Source: Candidatus Zambryskibacteria bacterium RIFCSPHIGHO2_01_FULL_43_25
GTDB taxonomy: Bacteria; Patescibacteriota; Minisyncoccia; Phycocordibacterales; Zambryskibacteraceae
Length of the DNA: 64,000 bases
NCBI GenBank assembly: GCA_001823695.1
Contig: MHVD01000002.1
Span: forward strand, 15,215 to 79,214
Direction of reading: 5' to 3'
The notes beneath the pieces are model-generated. The model ran no database searches, had not been told where the DNA came from, and was given only the letters and a program-made list of their open reading frames with translations. The translations under genes and the position numbers were made by a program. Below are positions 46,569 through 56,584 of this stretch, in pieces. How positions within the stretch are numbered: the first letter of the stretch is position 1; each line of letters opens with the position of its first letter.

Positions 46569-49500
46569 ATGAGCACAACAAAAACAACCAGGCGGGAAAA
46601 GAAGTATTTCGGCAAATTCAAAAAGCCGTTTGTTCCCGTATCCAATCTGGTTACGACTCAAGTTGAGTCATTTAAGTGGTTGATAGAAAAAGGCCTCAAG
46701 GAAGTCTTCAGCGAGTTTTCTTCAATCAAGGATTTCTCCGAAAAGAAGTTCACTCTGGACTTTGCGAGTTTTGAGCTGACGGAGCCGAAATACGACGAGT
46801 ATTACGCCAAGGACAACAAGCTTACATACGAGGCTCCACTTAAGGTCAAGGTCAAACTCACCAATCATATTCTAAAGACGGAAAGGGAGCAGGAGATATT
46901 CATGGCCGATTTCCCGCTGATGACCGGTCACGGCAGTTTCATAATTTCGGGAATTGAGAGAGTCGTAGTACCCCAGCTGGCGCGATCTTTCGGCGTATTT
47001 TTCACCAGCCAGATGATTCGCGGCCGAGAGATGTTTGGCGCAAAAATCATTCCTTCAAGAGGCGCCTGGATAGAGTTTGAGTCGGACCTTGAAGGCGCTA
47101 TTTTCGTCCGTATAGACAAAAAGAGGAAATTTGCGGCAAGCTCTCTTCTGCGGGCTTTTGGCTCCGTTGATGACAAGGAAATTGTCGCTTTGTTCAAGAA
47201 TGTTTCCGGCGGCAAGGTTGCTATGGAGAAAACTCTGGCAAAAGATCACGCCAAGACTTCGGATGAATCCTTTGTTGAAATATATAAACGCTTGCGTGAT
47301 GGCGACCTTGCCAACGTTGACAATGCTATTGAATTTTTCAAGTCGATATTCTCAAGCGAAAGGTATGACCTCTCCAAAGTCGGCAGGTTCCGATTCAACA
47401 GCCGCTTCGGCAAAAATATGGGCGCGAAAGAACTGGAAAGACGAACCATATCTCTCGACGATATCGTTACGATAATCTCCCACATAATAACCCTAAACAA
47501 TACTCCCGAGGCAATGGCGGACGATATAGACCACCTGGGTTCAAGGCGAGTTCGTTCAGTCGGCGAGATGTTCCAGCAGAAAATCAGGGTTGGCATGGCT
47601 CAGATAAAGCGCAATATTCAAAACAGGATGTCTGTCGTTGACACCGATGTCACACTGCCGGTCCAGTTCATAAGCCCCAAACCTCTGCAGGCGAGAATCA
47701 AAGAATTTTTCACCACCAACCAGCTGTCGCAGTTTATGCAACAGACCAACGCCCTTGAGGAAATAGAGCACCTACGCACCCTCTCTGCCCTTGGTCCCGG
47801 CGGATTAACCAGGGCCAGAGCCGGTTTTGAAGTCAGAGACGTACATCCTTCCCACTACGGCAGACTCTGCCCGATACAAACTCCAGAAGGTCCGAACATC
47901 GGCTTGATTCTGCGTTTGACCGTTCACGCCCGGGTAAATGACTTCGGAATGATAGAAACTCCGTATGTGAAAGTAGAAGACGGGAAAATCACGGGCAAAA
48001 TAGAATATCTTAACGCTCTGGAAGAAGAAGACTCCTTTATTGCTCATGCGGCCACTCCCTACGATGAAGAGGGGAATATCACAGTTTCAAATGTTGAAGT
48101 CAGACATTCCAGGAAGCCGACTTCAGTACCAAAATCAAAAGTCAATTACATAGACGTATCAACCAACCAAGCGTTCTCAATAGCCACTGGACTCATTCCT
48201 TTCCTTGAGCACGATGACGCCAACAGAGCTCTCATGGGATCAAACATGCAGAAACAGGCAACGCCGTGCATAATCCCCGAAGCTCCGGTAGTGGCCACGG
48301 GGGTGGAAGAAATCGCGGTCAGAGATACAGGCAGACTCGTATTTTCCGAAGAAGAAGGCACGGTTTCTTATGTTGACGGCCAGAAAATAAAAGTAAAAAA
48401 CAGCAAAGGCAAAGAGAAGGAATACAAGCTGATTAACTTTTCAAGAACAAATGGCTTCACCGCATTCCATCAGAGGCCGGCGGTTGAATTGGGAGAAAAG
48501 GTCAAAAAGGGCTCTCTCTTGGCCGATACATCTTCAAGCGACAAGGGGCAGATGGCGCTGGGGCAGAACATTCTCATTGCTTTTCTTTCATGGTCAGGAG
48601 CGAATTATGAAGACGCAATAATCGTTTCTGAAAAACTGGTAAAAGAGAGCAAGTTTTCAAGCATTCACATAGAAGAATTCGTAGTCAACGTCCGCGATAC
48701 CAAGCTTGGACCGGAAGTTACCACCTGTGATATTCCCAATGTCGGAGAGACGAAGCTAAAAAATCTGGACGAAGAAGGCATCGTCAGAATCGGCGCTGAA
48801 GTCAGACCGGGCGACATTTTGGTCGGGAAAATTACTCCAAAGGGCGAAACCCAGCTTACACCGGAAGAACGTCTGTTGCGTTCGCTTTTCGGCGAAAAGG
48901 CCCGCGACGTGAAGGATACTTCAAAGAGGATGGAAGGCGGCAAGCGTGGAAGAGTTATAGACGTTCAAGTCTTTTCAAGAGAAAAAGGCGATAAGCTTGA
49001 ATCGGGAATCATCAAGAGAATTCATATAGAAGTCGCCCAACTGCGGCACGTATCGGTAGGCGACAAGCTTGCCGGCAGACACGGCAACAAGGGCGTCATA
49101 TCAAAAATCCTTCCGGTTGAAGATATGCCTTATATGGCCGACGGCACGCCGATTGACATCATCCTTACTCCTCTGGGCGTGCCCTCAAGAATGAACCTCG
49201 GCCAGATTCTTGAAATGCATCTAGGTCTGGCGGCTCACACTCTGAATTATCAAGCGATAGTCCCGCCATTTTCCGGAGCCACTGATTCGGAAATAAAAGA
49301 TGAGCTGAAAAAAGCCGGCTGGAGCGAAAACGGCAAAATTCCGCTTTTTGACGGCAGAACAGGACGCAAATTTGACCAAGATGTGGCAGTCGGATATATG
49401 TACATTCTTAAACTTCACCACATGGTTGAAGACAAAATTCATATGCGCTCTATCGGCCCCTATTCTCTCATTACTCAACAGCCGCTGGGCGGTAAAGCAC

Positions 49501-49775
49501 AGGGCGGAGGGCAGAGATTTGGAGAAATGGAAGTTTGGGCGCTTTTGGGACACGGAACGGCTTATACTCTTCAGGAAATGCTCACCATAAAGTCTGACGA
49601 CATTGTCGGGCGTTCGGTTGCTTTTGACGCGATTGTCAAAGGCGAGCGCATTCCGGAATCCCATTCTCCGGCCGCCTTCAACGTCTTGCTCAACAACCTG
49701 CGGGCGCTTCTGATTGATGTTGATCCGAAAATCGCCAAAGAGGCCGAAGATTTAGAAGCGGAAGAAGAAAAATAA
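46569..49775 (+). CDS. rpoB: RNA polymerase beta subunit
   Basis: DDIDHLG, HYGRLCPIQTPEG, GDKLAGRHGNKG and GGQRFGEME. Confidence 0.98.
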   Translation: MSTTKTTRREKKYFGKFKKPFVPVSNLVTTQVESFKWLIEKGLKEVFSEFSSIKDFSEKKFTLDFASFELTEPKYDEYYAKDNKLTYEAPLKVKVKLTNHILKTEREQEIFMADFPLMTGHGSFIISGIERVVVPQLARSFGVFFTSQMIRGREMFGAKIIPSRGAWIEFESDLEGAIFVRIDKKRKFAASSLLRAFGSVDDKEIVALFKNVSGGKVAMEKTLAKDHAKTSDESFVEIYKRLRDGDLANVDNAIEFFKSIFSSERYDLSKVGRFRFNSRFGKNMGAKELERRTISLDDIVTIISHIITLNNTPEAMADDIDHLGSRRVRSVGEMFQQKIRVGMAQIKRNIQNRMSVVDTDVTLPVQFISPKPLQARIKEFFTTNQLSQFMQQTNALEEIEHLRTLSALGPGGLTRARAGFEVRDVHPSHYGRLCPIQTPEGPNIGLILRLTVHARVNDFGMIETPYVKVEDGKITGKIEYLNALEEEDSFIAHAATPYDEEGNITVSNVEVRHSRKPTSVPKSKVNYIDVSTNQAFSIATGLIPFLEHDDANRALMGSNMQKQATPCIIPEAPVVATGVEEIAVRDTGRLVFSEEEGTVSYVDGQKIKVKNSKGKEKEYKLINFSRTNGFTAFHQRPAVELGEKVKKGSLLADTSSSDKGQMALGQNILIAFLSWSGANYEDAIIVSEKLVKESKFSSIHIEEFVVNVRDTKLGPEVTTCDIPNVGETKLKNLDEEGIVRIGAEVRPGDILVGKITPKGETQLTPEERLLRSLFGEKARDVKDTSKRMEGGKRGRVIDVQVFSREKGDKLESGIIKRIHIEVAQLRHVSVGDKLAGRHGNKGVISKILPVEDMPYMADGTPIDIILTPLGVPSRMNLGQILEMHLGLAAHTLNYQAIVPPFSGATDSEIKDELKKAGWSENGKIPLFDGRTGRKFDQDVAVGYMYILKLHHMVEDKIHMRSIGPYSLITQQPLGGKAQGGGQRFGEMEVWALLGHGTAYTLQEMLTIKSDDIVGRSVAFDAIVKGERIPESHSPAAFNVLLNNLRALLIDVDPKIAKEAEDLEAEEEK

Positions 49776-49785
49776 TTTTACTACC

Positions 49786-52700
49786 ATGAGACAAAGACGA
49801 GACGACAACAATTTCAGCTCAATCGGCATTAGAATTGCCTCTCCGGAGAGGATAAAGGAGTGGTCTTTCGGCGAGGTTACCAAGCCCGAGACCATAAACT
49901 ACAGAACCCAGAGAAGCGAGAGGAACGGATTGTTTGACGAAAAAATTTTTGGTCCCGACAAGGATTATGAATGCTACTGCGGCAAATACAGAGGGATCAG
50001 ATACAAAGGAATAGTTTGCGAAAAATGCGGCGTTGAAATTACCCGCTCTATTGTCCGTCGTGAAAGAATGGGCCACATAGAGCTTGCCACGCCGGTCTGC
50101 CACATCTGGTTTTTGAAAAGCATGCCTTCGCGTCTGGCTCTGCTTATGGGCATACCAGCCAATGATTTGGAAAAGGTAATATACTTTGCCGGATACATAA
50201 TCACCAAAGTTTCGCAGGAAGAAAAGCAAAGAGTGCTTCGCGACCTTGACTCCGAGTTCAAATCAAAGGTCAAAGCCCTGTCTGACGAAAAGTCAAAGGA
50301 GTCACTGCGGGAACTCTTGCTCATTACCAAGCGCGACATTGAAAGCATCGTAGAAGGAAGGGTGATAGACGAAGTTGAATATCACAACTACTCGGTCAAA
50401 TACGGTTCAATGTTTGAAGCTGGAATCGGCGCCGAAGCAATCTACAACATTCTCCGCAATATTGACCTCCATAAACTGATGGGAGAGCTGTCAGCCAGTC
50501 TTGAAAAAGCATCTTCTCTGGAAACGCCGAAAATCCAAAAGAGGATGAACTTAGTTGAACAGCTTATCAATTCAAACACTCGTCCCGAGTGGATGTTTAT
50601 CATGCGTATTCCGGTTATGCCGCCGGCTCTCCGGCCGATGGTGCCTCTCGATGGAGGCAGATATGCGACATCCGACGTCAATGACCTCTACAGGAGGGTT
50701 ATCAACAGAAACAACCGCTTGAAAAAACTCAAGGAGATAAATGCTCCGGACGTCATATTGCGCAACGAAAAAAGAATTTTACAGGAAGCTGTTGACGCTC
50801 TGATTGATAATTCTATACGCCACGGAAACGCCATATCAGCCGGTGTAAGCCAAGCCCAGCGTCGGCCTCTGAAATCACTTGCTGACAATCTGAAAGGCAA
50901 AAGAGGGCTTTTCAGGCAAAATCTTCTTGGCAAAAGAGTTGATTACTCCGGAAGGTCTGTTATTGTCGTCGGTCCCGATTTGAAAATGCACGAGTGCGGC
51001 CTACCCAAACATATGGCTCTTGAGTTATTCCGTCCTTTTGTCATTTCGCAACTTCTAAAGAAAGAACTGGCATACAACATTCGCGGAGCCAACCGTCTGA
51101 TAGAAGAGGGGATTCCGGAGGTTTGGGCGATACTGGAAGATGTTATCAAGGATAAATATGTCTTGCTCAACAGAGCTCCTACTCTTCACCGTCTCGGTAT
51201 TCAAGCTTTCAAGCCGGTGCTTATAGAAGGCAACGCCATCCAAGTTCATCCGCTGGTTTGCACGGCCTTCAACGCCGACTTTGACGGAGATCAAATGGCG
51301 GTGCACGTTCCGCTGTCGGAGGAAGCCCAGCTTGAAGCCCGCGAAATAATGGCTTCGGACAAAAATATTCTCAAACCGGGAAGCGGCGACCCGACCATTT
51401 CGGCAAAAATGCTGGACATTGTCTTGGGCTGTTACTGGATGACTAAATCGGTTACAGGCGAGAAAGGAGAAGGAAGGATTTTCCACAATCCGAACAGCGC
51501 CATTACCGCGCACGACTTCGGCGAAGTCAGCCACCGCGCAGCCATAAAGGTTATGGGCACTGACAACCAGAAATATTCTCAGTTTGGAGGCAAACTCTTT
51601 GAAACCACAATCGGCCGACTTCTGTTCAATAGCGTATTGCCGAGCGACTATCCGTTTATAAACCAGGAAATTGAGAGAAAGAAAATATCTTCTTTGGTTG
51701 ACGATCTGATAGAACGCTATGGAGTTGATAAAGTTCCGGCGATTCTTGATAAGATAAAAAACTTTGGCTTCCGCTATGCCACTTACTCTGGTATTACTTG
51801 GGGTATTGATGATGTGAAGATTCCTTCAGGCAAAACGGAGGTGGTCAAGAAGGCGAAAATCAAAGCCGACGAGGTTAATGACCAGTACCGTTCCGGACTT
51901 TTGTCGGAAGAAGAAAGGGCTCGCAAACGTACCGAAATCTGGCACGCCGCCAAAGCCGAAGTGGAGAAACTAGTGCCCGACGCCCTTGATAAAAACAGTT
52001 CAGTCTATGACATGCTTAAGTCTGGCGCCAGAGGTTCTGTAAGCCAGCTTACCCAAATGGCCGGCATGAAAGGGTTGATAACCAATACAGCAGGCGAAAC
52101 GATTGATTTCCCCATAGTTTCCTGTAGCAAGGAGGGTTTGACTCCTCTTGAGTATTTCATTACCACTCACGGTTCGCGCAAGGGTCTTACCGATACCGCC
52201 CTAAACACCGCCAAAGCGGGCTATCTTACCAGGCGTCTCTTTGATGTGGCCCAGGATGCCATTGTTACGGAAGAAGATTGCGGAACGAAAGAAGGAATTG
52301 TAATAAGTTCGCACAACGCGGTGGGGATTGAAGCGTCACTGCAGAAGAATATAAAGGGAAGATTTCTGGCCACTGATGTTTTGGACCAATCCGGCAAGGT
52401 CTTATTTGAAAAAGGTCATTTCCTTTCGAAAAATGACGCGTTGGCGATAGAGAATGCCGGGGTCAAGGAAATTAAAGTCAGGTCTCCTCTGACATGCCAT
52501 AGCTCGCGAGGAGTTTGCGTCAAATGTTACGGAGCCGATTTGGGCAAGCATAAAGTCATTGATCTCGGAGAAGCCGTGGGAACCATCGCGGCTCAAGCCA
52601 TCGGCGAACCGGGAACCCAGCTTACGATGAGAACATTCCATGCTGGAGGGACCGCCTCTATCGGCGGCGACATTACGCTTGGTCTGCCTAGAGTTGAAGA

Positions 52701-53448
52701 AGTGTTTGAAAACCGAAGGCCCAAAAACCCTGCTGTAGTGAGCCATGTTGAAGGAATAGTTACCAACATTGTTCAAGACGGCAGTGAAAAGAAAATCCTA
52801 ATAGCTTCGGAGAAAAGCGCCAAGGGCAAAGAGTCCGTGGAGTACGCAGTACCGGTGCACAGGATGATTTCTGTGAAAAAAGGCGATAGCGTATCACGTG
52901 GTGAAATACTGACCGACGGATCAGTTGATGTTGACGAATTATTCAGATACGCGGGCAAAGAAGCGGCTCAAAACTACATCATTAGAGAAATATCAAAACC
53001 TTACGAACTTCAAGGCGAAAGCGTGTCGCGCAAACATATTGAAGTTATCGTTAAGCAGATGTTTTCCCGCAGAAAAATCAAGGACTCTGGAGACACCAGT
53101 CTTAACAAAGGTGAAGTTGTCGGTATGAGCGAACTTGTAGTGGAGAACGAAAAAGCCAAGGAGGCGGGTGGAGCTGAAGCAAAGGCCGATGAGGTGCTGA
53201 TGGGAATTACGGAAGTTTCCCTAAATCGCAGAAGTTTCTTGTCTGCCGCCTCTTTCCAGCATACAACTAGGGTGCTCATAGCGACTGCTATTCGCGGGGT
53301 TGATGACAAGCTGGTCGGCCTGAAAGAGAATGTCATAATCGGGAGATTGATTCCAGCAGGTACGGGGTTTGACGGCAGTCCGAAAAAGCAATTGATAAGC
53401 GACCTGCAGAAAGAGCTGGACAGAGAAGACAGAGAGGGGAATCTTTAA
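49786..53448 (+). CDS. rpoC: RNA polymerase beta' subunit
   Basis: NADFDGD, Zn-finger cysteines and GEPGTQLTMRTFH. Confidence 0.98.
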   Translation: MRQRRDDNNFSSIGIRIASPERIKEWSFGEVTKPETINYRTQRSERNGLFDEKIFGPDKDYECYCGKYRGIRYKGIVCEKCGVEITRSIVRRERMGHIELATPVCHIWFLKSMPSRLALLMGIPANDLEKVIYFAGYIITKVSQEEKQRVLRDLDSEFKSKVKALSDEKSKESLRELLLITKRDIESIVEGRVIDEVEYHNYSVKYGSMFEAGIGAEAIYNILRNIDLHKLMGELSASLEKASSLETPKIQKRMNLVEQLINSNTRPEWMFIMRIPVMPPALRPMVPLDGGRYATSDVNDLYRRVINRNNRLKKLKEINAPDVILRNEKRILQEAVDALIDNSIRHGNAISAGVSQAQRRPLKSLADNLKGKRGLFRQNLLGKRVDYSGRSVIVVGPDLKMHECGLPKHMALELFRPFVISQLLKKELAYNIRGANRLIEEGIPEVWAILEDVIKDKYVLLNRAPTLHRLGIQAFKPVLIEGNAIQVHPLVCTAFNADFDGDQMAVHVPLSEEAQLEAREIMASDKNILKPGSGDPTISAKMLDIVLGCYWMTKSVTGEKGEGRIFHNPNSAITAHDFGEVSHRAAIKVMGTDNQKYSQFGGKLFETTIGRLLFNSVLPSDYPFINQEIERKKISSLVDDLIERYGVDKVPAILDKIKNFGFRYATYSGITWGIDDVKIPSGKTEVVKKAKIKADEVNDQYRSGLLSEEERARKRTEIWHAAKAEVEKLVPDALDKNSSVYDMLKSGARGSVSQLTQMAGMKGLITNTAGETIDFPIVSCSKEGLTPLEYFITTHGSRKGLTDTALNTAKAGYLTRRLFDVAQDAIVTEEDCGTKEGIVISSHNAVGIEASLQKNIKGRFLATDVLDQSGKVLFEKGHFLSKNDALAIENAGVKEIKVRSPLTCHSSRGVCVKCYGADLGKHKVIDLGEAVGTIAAQAIGEPGTQLTMRTFHAGGTASIGGDITLGLPRVEEVFENRRPKNPAVVSHVEGIVTNIVQDGSEKKILIASEKSAKGKESVEYAVPVHRMISVKKGDSVSRGEILTDGSVDVDELFRYAGKEAAQNYIIREISKPYELQGESVSRKHIEVIVKQMFSRRKIKDSGDTSLNKGEVVGMSELVVENEKAKEAGGAEAKADEVLMGITEVSLNRRSFLSAASFQHTTRVLIATAIRGVDDKLVGLKENVIIGRLIPAGTGFDGSPKKQLISDLQKELDREDREGNL

Positions 53449-53493
53449 TTGTTCCAAAAGGGCGGGTTTTGGTTTGATTAGCGCAAGAATCTT

Positions 53494-55218
53494 ATGCCAT
53501 CCCCAGTAGAACAAATAAAAGAGCGTCTTGATATTGCTGAAGTCATCGGCTCTTATATAAAACTTGAAAAGGCGGGCGGCAACTTCAAGGCGAAGTGTCC
53601 TTTCCACAACGAAAAAACACCATCATTCTTCGTGTCTCCCGATCGGGGAACTTATTATTGTTTTGGCTGTGGGGCAAAGGGCGACATTTTCACCTTTATT
53701 CAGGAATTTGAAGGAGTTGACTTCCCCGAAGCGTTGAAAATGCTTGCTGAAAGAGCAGGAGTGAAATTATCTGACCGGAAAAACGTCAACTACAAGGAAC
53801 ACTCCGAACTTTATGGAATACTCGCCGAAGCGGCGGAATTCTTTGTCAAGAATTTGAAAGACAATCCTAAAGCTCGGAAGTATCTGCTCAATCGCGGCCT
53901 GAAAGAAAAAACCATAGAAGATTGGCAAATTGGTTTTGCGCCAGACGAATGGCGTTCCCTGTTTGAATATTTCAAGGCGAAAAATGTGAGTGACGAGAAA
54001 CTTCTTGCCGCCGGACTTATAAAGAAGACATCGGAAGATGGCAAGAGAGAAACTTTCTACGATGTTTTCAGGGGACGGATTATGTTTCCGATTTCAGACA
54101 GCAGAGGCAAGATAGTCGGTTTTAGCGGAAGGATTTTAGTAGCCACTGACAAAGCGCCCAAATACGTGAACAGTCCGGAAACTGCGATTTTCAAAAAATC
54201 AGAAATATTGTATGGCCTCGATAGGGCCAAAAAAGAAATCAGACGCATGGATTATTCAATCTTGGTGGAAGGACAGATGGATTTGCTCATGGCGCACCAA
54301 GAGGGCTTTGCCAACGCAGTCGCCTCTTCGGGAACAGCTTTTACCGAAAACCACATTCTTCGCCTGAAGCGCCTGTCAGGAAGGATAATAATGGCTTTTG
54401 ATGCTGACAGCGCCGGCTTTCAGGCGGCGAAGAAGAGCGCGGAGCTGTCTTTGTCGCTGGGTATGGAAGTCAAGATCGCCCCACTGCCCAAAGGCACCGA
54501 TCCAGCCGAGCTCATAAAATCAGACCTGTCTGGCTGGCGGGACTGCTTGAAAAATTCAAAACACATCATTGACCACTATCTTGATACTCTGCTCACTTCC
54601 GGCATAAGCGGCAGAAATTTGGCCAAAGAGATAAAACTGAATGTCTTGCCGATTGTTGGACTTCTGCCAAGTTCGATAGACAAATCGCACTTTGTCTCCC
54701 AAATTGCAAAAAAGAGCGGACTTAGGGAAGATGCGATCTGGCAAGATTTGAAAATTACCGCCGAGTCGGGCATGTCTCAAGATATGGAGGACGGGCTGGA
54801 AGAATTAAGCCACCACAGAAACCATATAATAAGGAAGCTTGTAGGGATTCTGCTGTGGCAGGAAGGATCTGCGATAAAAAATATTGATGTGGAAGATTTG
54901 GGAGAGAACATTAAAAGAGTTTTGGGTTCGGAGAATTTTTATAAACTTTATAAACAATATGGCGACAATCGCGAGGAGCTCGTATTTGAAGTTGAAAATT
55001 ATTACGGCGACGGGTCAATTTTGGAAAGGGATTTATCGGAGCTTCTGGTTCATTTTGAAGAGGACGCACTTAAGGAGCGTTTGGTGTCCGCAATGAGGGA
55101 GCTTCAGGTGTCTGAGGAGAGGAAGGATGAAGGGCGGTCAGCGGAACTGCTTTCTGTCTGCCAGTCAATCTCCGAACGGCTTGCAGAATTATCAAAAAAA
55201 TCAAAGGCGTCGTTTTGA
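53494..55218 (+). CDS. dnaG: DNA primase
   Basis: CPFHNEKTPSF, CFGC, KYVNSPET, VEGQMD and FDADSAG. Confidence 0.97.
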   Translation: MPSPVEQIKERLDIAEVIGSYIKLEKAGGNFKAKCPFHNEKTPSFFVSPDRGTYYCFGCGAKGDIFTFIQEFEGVDFPEALKMLAERAGVKLSDRKNVNYKEHSELYGILAEAAEFFVKNLKDNPKARKYLLNRGLKEKTIEDWQIGFAPDEWRSLFEYFKAKNVSDEKLLAAGLIKKTSEDGKRETFYDVFRGRIMFPISDSRGKIVGFSGRILVATDKAPKYVNSPETAIFKKSEILYGLDRAKKEIRRMDYSILVEGQMDLLMAHQEGFANAVASSGTAFTENHILRLKRLSGRIIMAFDADSAGFQAAKKSAELSLSLGMEVKIAPLPKGTDPAELIKSDLSGWRDCLKNSKHIIDHYLDTLLTSGISGRNLAKEIKLNVLPIVGLLPSSIDKSHFVSQIAKKSGLREDAIWQDLKITAESGMSQDMEDGLEELSHHRNHIIRKLVGILLWQEGSAIKNIDVEDLGENIKRVLGSENFYKLYKQYGDNREELVFEVENYYGDGSILERDLSELLVHFEEDALKERLVSAMRELQVSEERKDEGRSAELLSVCQSISERLAELSKKSKASF

Positions 55219-55260
55219 CGGCTTTGGCGCGGTTGCTTAAAATTTTAAAAATTTAAACAT

Positions 55261-56541
55261 ATGGCAAAGAAAAAACAAAAAAAGGTAAAGTCGAGGTCAA
55301 AAAAAGCTTTAAGAAAAAAGAGAGCCAATTCTTCCAAAAGAAAAATCAGGGCCAAGACGAAATACCAAAGCAGGAAACGACAGAAGAAAACAAAGGTCTC
55401 GAAAGCCAAGACGAAGAAATCCTTTGTCGTGATTCCCAAGAAACTTTCCGCCAAAGCCGCCAAGAAAGCCGAAGAGATACAGCACAAGGTTGACCTGCTT
55501 ATGTCCAAGGGCAAAGAAAGGGGTTTCATAACCTATGATGAAATTCTCAGACAATTTCCGACCGTAGAGGAAGACATTCTCTTTCTTGAGGATTTGTATG
55601 CACAACTAGCCGTGTCGGGGATTGATGTGCTGGAGGGTGGCGGGTTACTTGAAATTCCCGAAGAGAAAGAAGCCAGCAAAAAATTTGAATACGGACGGAG
55701 CGATTCCTCGTACGACTCTATCCAGATTTATCTTAAGGAAATCGGCCAGTATCCGCTTATTACCGGCGGAATGGAGAAAGAACTGGCCAAGAGAATAGAA
55801 GCAGGGGATGAAGAAGCCAAAAATTTGCTGGCTCGGGCAAACCTGCGTCTAGTTGTGTCTATCGCCAAGAAATATGTCGGCAGAAGCCCGGACCTTACCT
55901 TGCTTGACCTCATACAAGAAGGCAATCTGGGCCTCTTCAAGGCGGTTGATAAATTTGATTGGACCAAGGGCTATAAATTCTCTACCTACGCCACTTGGTG
56001 GATCAGGCAGGCCATAACCAGAGCGCTGGCCGACCAATCTCGAACTATTCGTGTGCCGGTCCACATGGTTGAAACCATCACGAAATACAAACAGGTTGTG
56101 AGGCGGCTTACCCAAGACCTGGGCCGCGATCCTCTGCCTGAAGAAGTGGCGACAGAAATGAATCTGGATGTGGAGAAAGTATATCAAATTGAAAAGATAG
56201 ACCAGTCCACGGTTTCTCTTGAAAGCCCGATTGGAGATGACAACGATGACGGCAAAAGTAAATTGGGCGATTTTCTGTCCGATGACAAACTGCTTTCTCC
56301 CGACCAGGAATCTTCCCGCCGGATTGTCGCCGACCAGGTCAAGGAAATTCTAAACGACCTGCCGATAAAAGAGCGCCAGATTCTTGAAATGCGCCACGGG
56401 TTGGTTGACGGCATCACTCATACGCTGGAGGAAGTAGGCAAGGTGTTTGGCGTTACCAGAGAGCGAATCAGGCAGATTGAAGCCAAAGCGCACGAAAAAA
56501 TCCGCCAGCATGAGAAAATCAATCGTTTAAGGAATTACTAA
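55261..56541 (+). CDS. rpoD: Primary sigma factor with Lys/Arg-rich N-terminal extension
   Basis: [33 protein letters not shown] and TRERIRQIE. Confidence 0.96.
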   Translation: MAKKKQKKVKSRSKKALRKKRANSSKRKIRAKTKYQSRKRQKKTKVSKAKTKKSFVVIPKKLSAKAAKKAEEIQHKVDLLMSKGKERGFITYDEILRQFPTVEEDILFLEDLYAQLAVSGIDVLEGGGLLEIPEEKEASKKFEYGRSDSSYDSIQIYLKEIGQYPLITGGMEKELAKRIEAGDEEAKNLLARANLRLVVSIAKKYVGRSPDLTLLDLIQEGNLGLFKAVDKFDWTKGYKFSTYATWWIRQAITRALADQSRTIRVPVHMVETITKYKQVVRRLTQDLGRDPLPEEVATEMNLDVEKVYQIEKIDQSTVSLESPIGDDNDDGKSKLGDFLSDDKLLSPDQESSRRIVADQVKEILNDLPIKERQILEMRHGLVDGITHTLEEVGKVFGVTRERIRQIEAKAHEKIRQHEKINRLRNY

Positions 56542-56584
56542 TTTTGAAAATCAGCAACTTTAACTGCTGTGATACAATTTCCTT

